A DNA stretch of 64,000 nucleotides from a virus, in IMG/VR virus record IMGVR_UViG_3300024991_000018. One strand, written 5' to 3'. Under the pieces are notes generated by a model. It worked only from the letters and a program-made list of their open reading frames with translations. It was not told the DNA's origin and did not search any database. Of the stretch, positions 60,245 through 64,000 are shown one piece after another (within the stretch, counting starts at the first letter, position 1; the number at the start of each line of letters is the position of its first letter). Both the position numbers and the translations under genes were made by a program.

Positions 60245-62284
60245 TTATTTCATTATGTTATATACAGAATAGACACATTGGTATATGTTCAGATACATCT
60301 TCATAGTAGATTCTGAATATACATCAATTTTATTAGTACTAATATTATTATCACGTGAATCATGTAATTCACTTAACAATCTGTTAATTACATCCTCTTC
60401 GCTGTTTTCATCTTTCTCCGATAGATTTTTAACACATAATCTATTTACAGGTTCTACATCTGACAAATCAATCAAATCTTTTTCATAATCATTATTACTG
60501 ATACTATTATCTGAATCCATTAAATTATCAAATTTGTGAATGTTGGATGAACCGCTTGAACAGTTTAGATAGTCTAAATTACATAAAGTGTCATGAGATG
60601 GAATATTATCAAATCTTGATTTTCTTGATAAACTGTTATTCAATGACATTCTTAATAAATTAGTGAAAAATGGATCATCTTTTTTGGTCTCTAGGAGTTC
60701 ATACTTGTGATTCATTGCTTCTTTTACTGCTTCATCTTCTGGTTCATACACAATTTTACTCTTACCTTTACCGTTGTTCTTGAATACACCCATTGATAAT
60801 TTACCCTTTAAAATATTGATTTCTCGCATGATCATCTCTTTCCACTCATCAATATATTGTCTTGATGAAGCTTTAATTACATCTTTTGCTTTTTCCATGA
60901 TTTTGTCAGAGTGTGTGGTCCATTCAGCGTATGAGACTTGAGGATTTTCCAGAGTGTATTGGAGCATATGAACCTCGAATTTGTTAGGATTAACCCTCAA
61001 AGGAATTTCGTTATCATGGATTATCACATCCTTATCTTTTTTCTTTGTTGCTTTCTTGTTTGGACTTCCACGGGGTCTGCCTTTTGGTTTCTTGTTTAAC
61101 CTTATTTGTTCTTTTTCTTCCGCGGTTTTGTTTTTAGCACCAACGGGTCTACCTACTTTCTTAACTGGTTTGGATGATGGTAATACATCAATATATGGAA
61201 GAATACATGGTAATACAGTTGTGTTAGATGATAATGGTTTTGATTTTGATTCTAAATGTAATTTAATGTTCTCTTTAATTGTTTCTACAAATGTGCCATT
61301 ATCAAGTTTGACACTATTATTAATTAAAATAGATGAAGGTGCAGGTGATAGTGTTTTGATTGTAGATGTAATAATTGGTGAATTAACATTATATATAACA
61401 CTTTTCATTGATGTTGCTCTTGATCTGGCTAAGAATACATCCATTCTTTCAACAATTGGATCCGGCTTTGATAATTTCTTAAGCATTGTTTTAGACATTT
61501 GTTTGGGTGGTGGTATATATGCTGTAGCTTCTGGAATATATTCGGGGACATGTTTTGTGCTATACGAATTACCAATTACATTATTTTTACATGGTTCCGT
61601 TGTAATGGTTGTTGTAGTGGTAATAGTTGGTATAACGTCATCCTTCTTAAGTAGATCAATATAATAACATTTATTATCACATTTATCATTGTCCAACATA
61701 TTAACGATATTAATACCTACATTAATATCAACATTACTGGTGTTGATATTTTCATTAATTGTATTGGCTGTCTCAGGAATAGCTGTAATAGTAAAGATTC
61801 TTTGTTCTCTGAGAGCAGCCCTATATGTGTCTGAGAAGGAATAATTCTTGAGAGAATTTGGTTTTCTCCCAAGTCTTGTTCCTTCAAAGGTTATGTTGTC
61901 GGGGATAACATATCCCCCAATACTAAACTCAGGGTTTGGTGGAGCCTCAAACCCTGTAATAATATTTTTAACTGAAGACTTGAGAGTATCCAGTTTTCCT
62001 TGATTTATGGGGGAAGGTTTCTTTGATTTCCTTCCCCTCTTAACAACTGTTGGGGCATGAAGGATTTCCCATAACTTGACAATGTTGTGAACCGTTGTCA
62101 AGTTATGAAATTCGATCTCCTCCATCCATCTATCTTCATCGGTGATCTTTTTGTTTAACTCCCGATTGTATTCATCGTCGATGAATTTACATACACTGGG
62201 AGTTAAACTGTCAACCTCGCTTGTAACAACATATTTGTTGATTCTCTCTAACAAATCACTTTGGGATCTAAATCTTTCACTCAT
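60245..62284 (-). CDS. Paralog of 13959-17219 with AT-hook-like motifs (679 aa)
   Basis: Shared blocks DLLERINKYV, FHNLTTV, IITGFE.PPNPEFSIGGY.IPD, LRVNP.KF..HMLQYT; VGRPVGAKNK and KGRPRGSPNKK; AAAATTGA on the minus strand at 62337-62344. Confidence 0.85.
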   Translation of the reverse strand: MSERFRSQSDLLERINKYVVTSEVDSLTPSVCKFIDDEYNRELNKKITDEDRWMEEIEFHNLTTVHNIVKLWEILHAPTVVKRGRKSKKPSPINQGKLDTLKSSVKNIITGFEAPPNPEFSIGGYVIPDNITFEGTRLGRKPNSLKNYSFSDTYRAALREQRIFTITAIPETANTINENINTSNVDINVGINIVNMLDNDKCDNKCYYIDLLKKDDVIPTITTTTTITTEPCKNNVIGNSYSTKHVPEYIPEATAYIPPPKQMSKTMLKKLSKPDPIVERMDVFLARSRATSMKSVIYNVNSPIITSTIKTLSPAPSSILINNSVKLDNGTFVETIKENIKLHLESKSKPLSSNTTVLPCILPYIDVLPSSKPVKKVGRPVGAKNKTAEEKEQIRLNKKPKGRPRGSPNKKATKKKDKDVIIHDNEIPLRVNPNKFEVHMLQYTLENPQVSYAEWTTHSDKIMEKAKDVIKASSRQYIDEWKEMIMREINILKGKLSMGVFKNNGKGKSKIVYEPEDEAVKEAMNHKYELLETKKDDPFFTNLLRMSLNNSLSRKSRFDNIPSHDTLCNLDYLNCSSGSSNIHKFDNLMDSDNSISNNDYEKDLIDLSDVEPVNRLCVKNLSEKDENSEEDVINRLLSELHDSRDNNISTNKIDVYSESTMKMYLNIYQCVYSVYNIMK

Positions 62285-62769
62285 TGCGATTTGAAGTTTT
62301 ATATGAATTTCAAGATTTAAGAAAAAAATTTTTTCTTCAATTTTTTTTAATATTAATTTTCGTGAAAAATTTGATGATGACAGGTTGGTACTGTGTTAGA
62401 ATTTATTGATGGTTGATTACTATGTGATGTTGCTGGTGAGTGTAGGATATATAATACTTTCATTGAAAATGTTAATGATGTCATGATGAGAATATGTAAA
62501 TGATATATGAAAAATAAATGAATTTGTTTGAATGAAATGTTACCAATTTACATTAAATTATTTTCGATTGAAATGTTTAATATACTTAGAATTGTGTGTA
62601 TGTAATTTTTGGTTAATAGGTGTATATAATATACACTGATGAAATATAACTAAAATTAATTTTGGTAGTATTAAAACAATGTGTCTATTTAGTACTACTA
62701 CAAAATTTATGAAGATTTGTGTTAAATTAATGTTGGAATTCATTTGAAAATTTATTTTCATAAATGAAA

Positions 62770-64000
62770 ACTAGCAGTGTTGTATAGGAACAGTCTAGCT
62801 AATATTTAATCAAAAATATTCTGATTATTTTTATTATATATATTTAATTATTTTCATTTGCGCGAGCGCAAATGAAAATGAGATGTTGCGAATTTCGCGT
62901 CGTGAAATTTTTGCAACATCGTATTTTCTTATATTAATAAATAAAATAATTATTAAATGTATTAAAATAAAGATAGACAGTATTAATGCGATATAACTAA
63001 ATCTCATTTTAAAATATATAGTTTTTGATAGCTCTTAATAATTGTTGATAATGCTTCTCTTTAGAGAAGCATTATCAACCTATTGTATACTTATCAAGAT
63101 TTATATATTTTTCAATGAAATTTAGTTATATCATATTAATACTGTCTATATATTTATTCATCCAATTAATATAATTTTTAGTTACTTTTTGATATTCTTT
63201 GGTAGATTTTCTAGTTAAAGGAAATCTATTAATTCAGTTTACATCTTTTAAAATTTTATATGTCTGAAATTTTAGACTATCAATATTGTATAGGAACAGT
63301 CTAGCTAATAATTATTTAAAAATATTCCTATTATATTTGTTATATATATTTAATTATTTTTATTATTAAATAAATAAAATATTAATAAATAATACAATAA
63401 TATAGATAGACAGTGTTAATACTATGTAACTAGTATTCATTTTAAAATATATATTTTTTTGATAGCCTTTAATGATTGTTGATAATGCTTCTCTTTAGAG
63501 AAGCATTATCAACCTATTGTATACTTATCAAGATTTATATATTTTCAATGAGTTTTAGTTGTATCACATTAATATTGTCTATGTATTTATTCATCCGATT
63601 AATGTAATTTTTAGTTTCTCTTTGATATCCTCCGGCTGATTTCCTCGTCAGAGGAAATCCATTAAGTAAGTCTACATCTTTTAAATTATTATACGTCTGA
63701 AATTTTAGACTATCAACATTGTATAGGAACAGTCTAGCTAGTATTTATTTGAAAATATTCCTATTATATTTTTTATATATATTAATTTATTTTTATTATT
63801 AAATAAATAAAATATTAATAAATAATAAAATAATAAGGATAGACAGTATTAATATTATGTAATTAGTATTCATTTTAAAATATATGAATTTTTGATAGTT
63901 CTTAATGGTTGTTGATAATGCTTCTCTAAGGAGAAGCATTATCAACCCATTGTATATTTATCAAGATTTATATATTTTTCAATGAGATTTAGTTATATCA
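62770..64000. repeat. Tandem array B, block 3 (divergent subfamily), running off the window end
   Basis: ~434-bp period; P1 variant TTGATAATGCTTCTC-TTTA-GAGAAGCATTATCAA at 63044 and 63479, with core variant CTAAGG at 63912. Confidence 0.9.
62851..62921 (+). mobile_element. 71-bp family E double-hairpin element inserted in a B unit
   Basis: TTTTCATTTGC-GCGA-GCGCAAATGAAAATGAGATGTTGCGAATTTCGCG..TTGCAACATCG region, flanked by TA; insertion site differs from that of the 9971 copy. Confidence 0.8.

Overview
Very AT-rich DNA with closely spaced ORFs and no introns evident. Gene content points to a giant virus (Nucleocytoviricota), most plausibly pithovirus/orpheovirus-like; this is inference, since no core marker gene is in the window. 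The supporting genes are collagen-like fibres with S74 chaperone domains, ankyrin proteins, a tandem family of BTB-like paralogs, kinase-cyclin fusions, an AlkB, an Mrr-like nuclease, a PARG-like protein, a lipocalin and a Fanzor, plus AAAATTGA motifs and post-stop hairpins. About 13 kb is non-coding and built from tandem arrays: ~290-bp family A, ~433-bp family B in three blocks and ~75-bp family D. The A and B palindrome arms co-vary and their loops flip between reverse-complement states. Highlights: (1) a broken Fanzor (TnpB-like) gene inside the paralog array, with a candidate omegaRNA whose 3' flank (putative guide) is a fragment of that same gene family; (2) at least two families of tiny GC-rich double-hairpin insertion elements, one of which disrupts the Fanzor; (3) a four-copy covarying structured element, paired upstream of the Fanzor and again at 48.6-49.1 kb; (4) two paralogous AT-hook-like proteins next to the arrays. 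All calls are by eye; no searches were run, and repeat boundaries are approximate.
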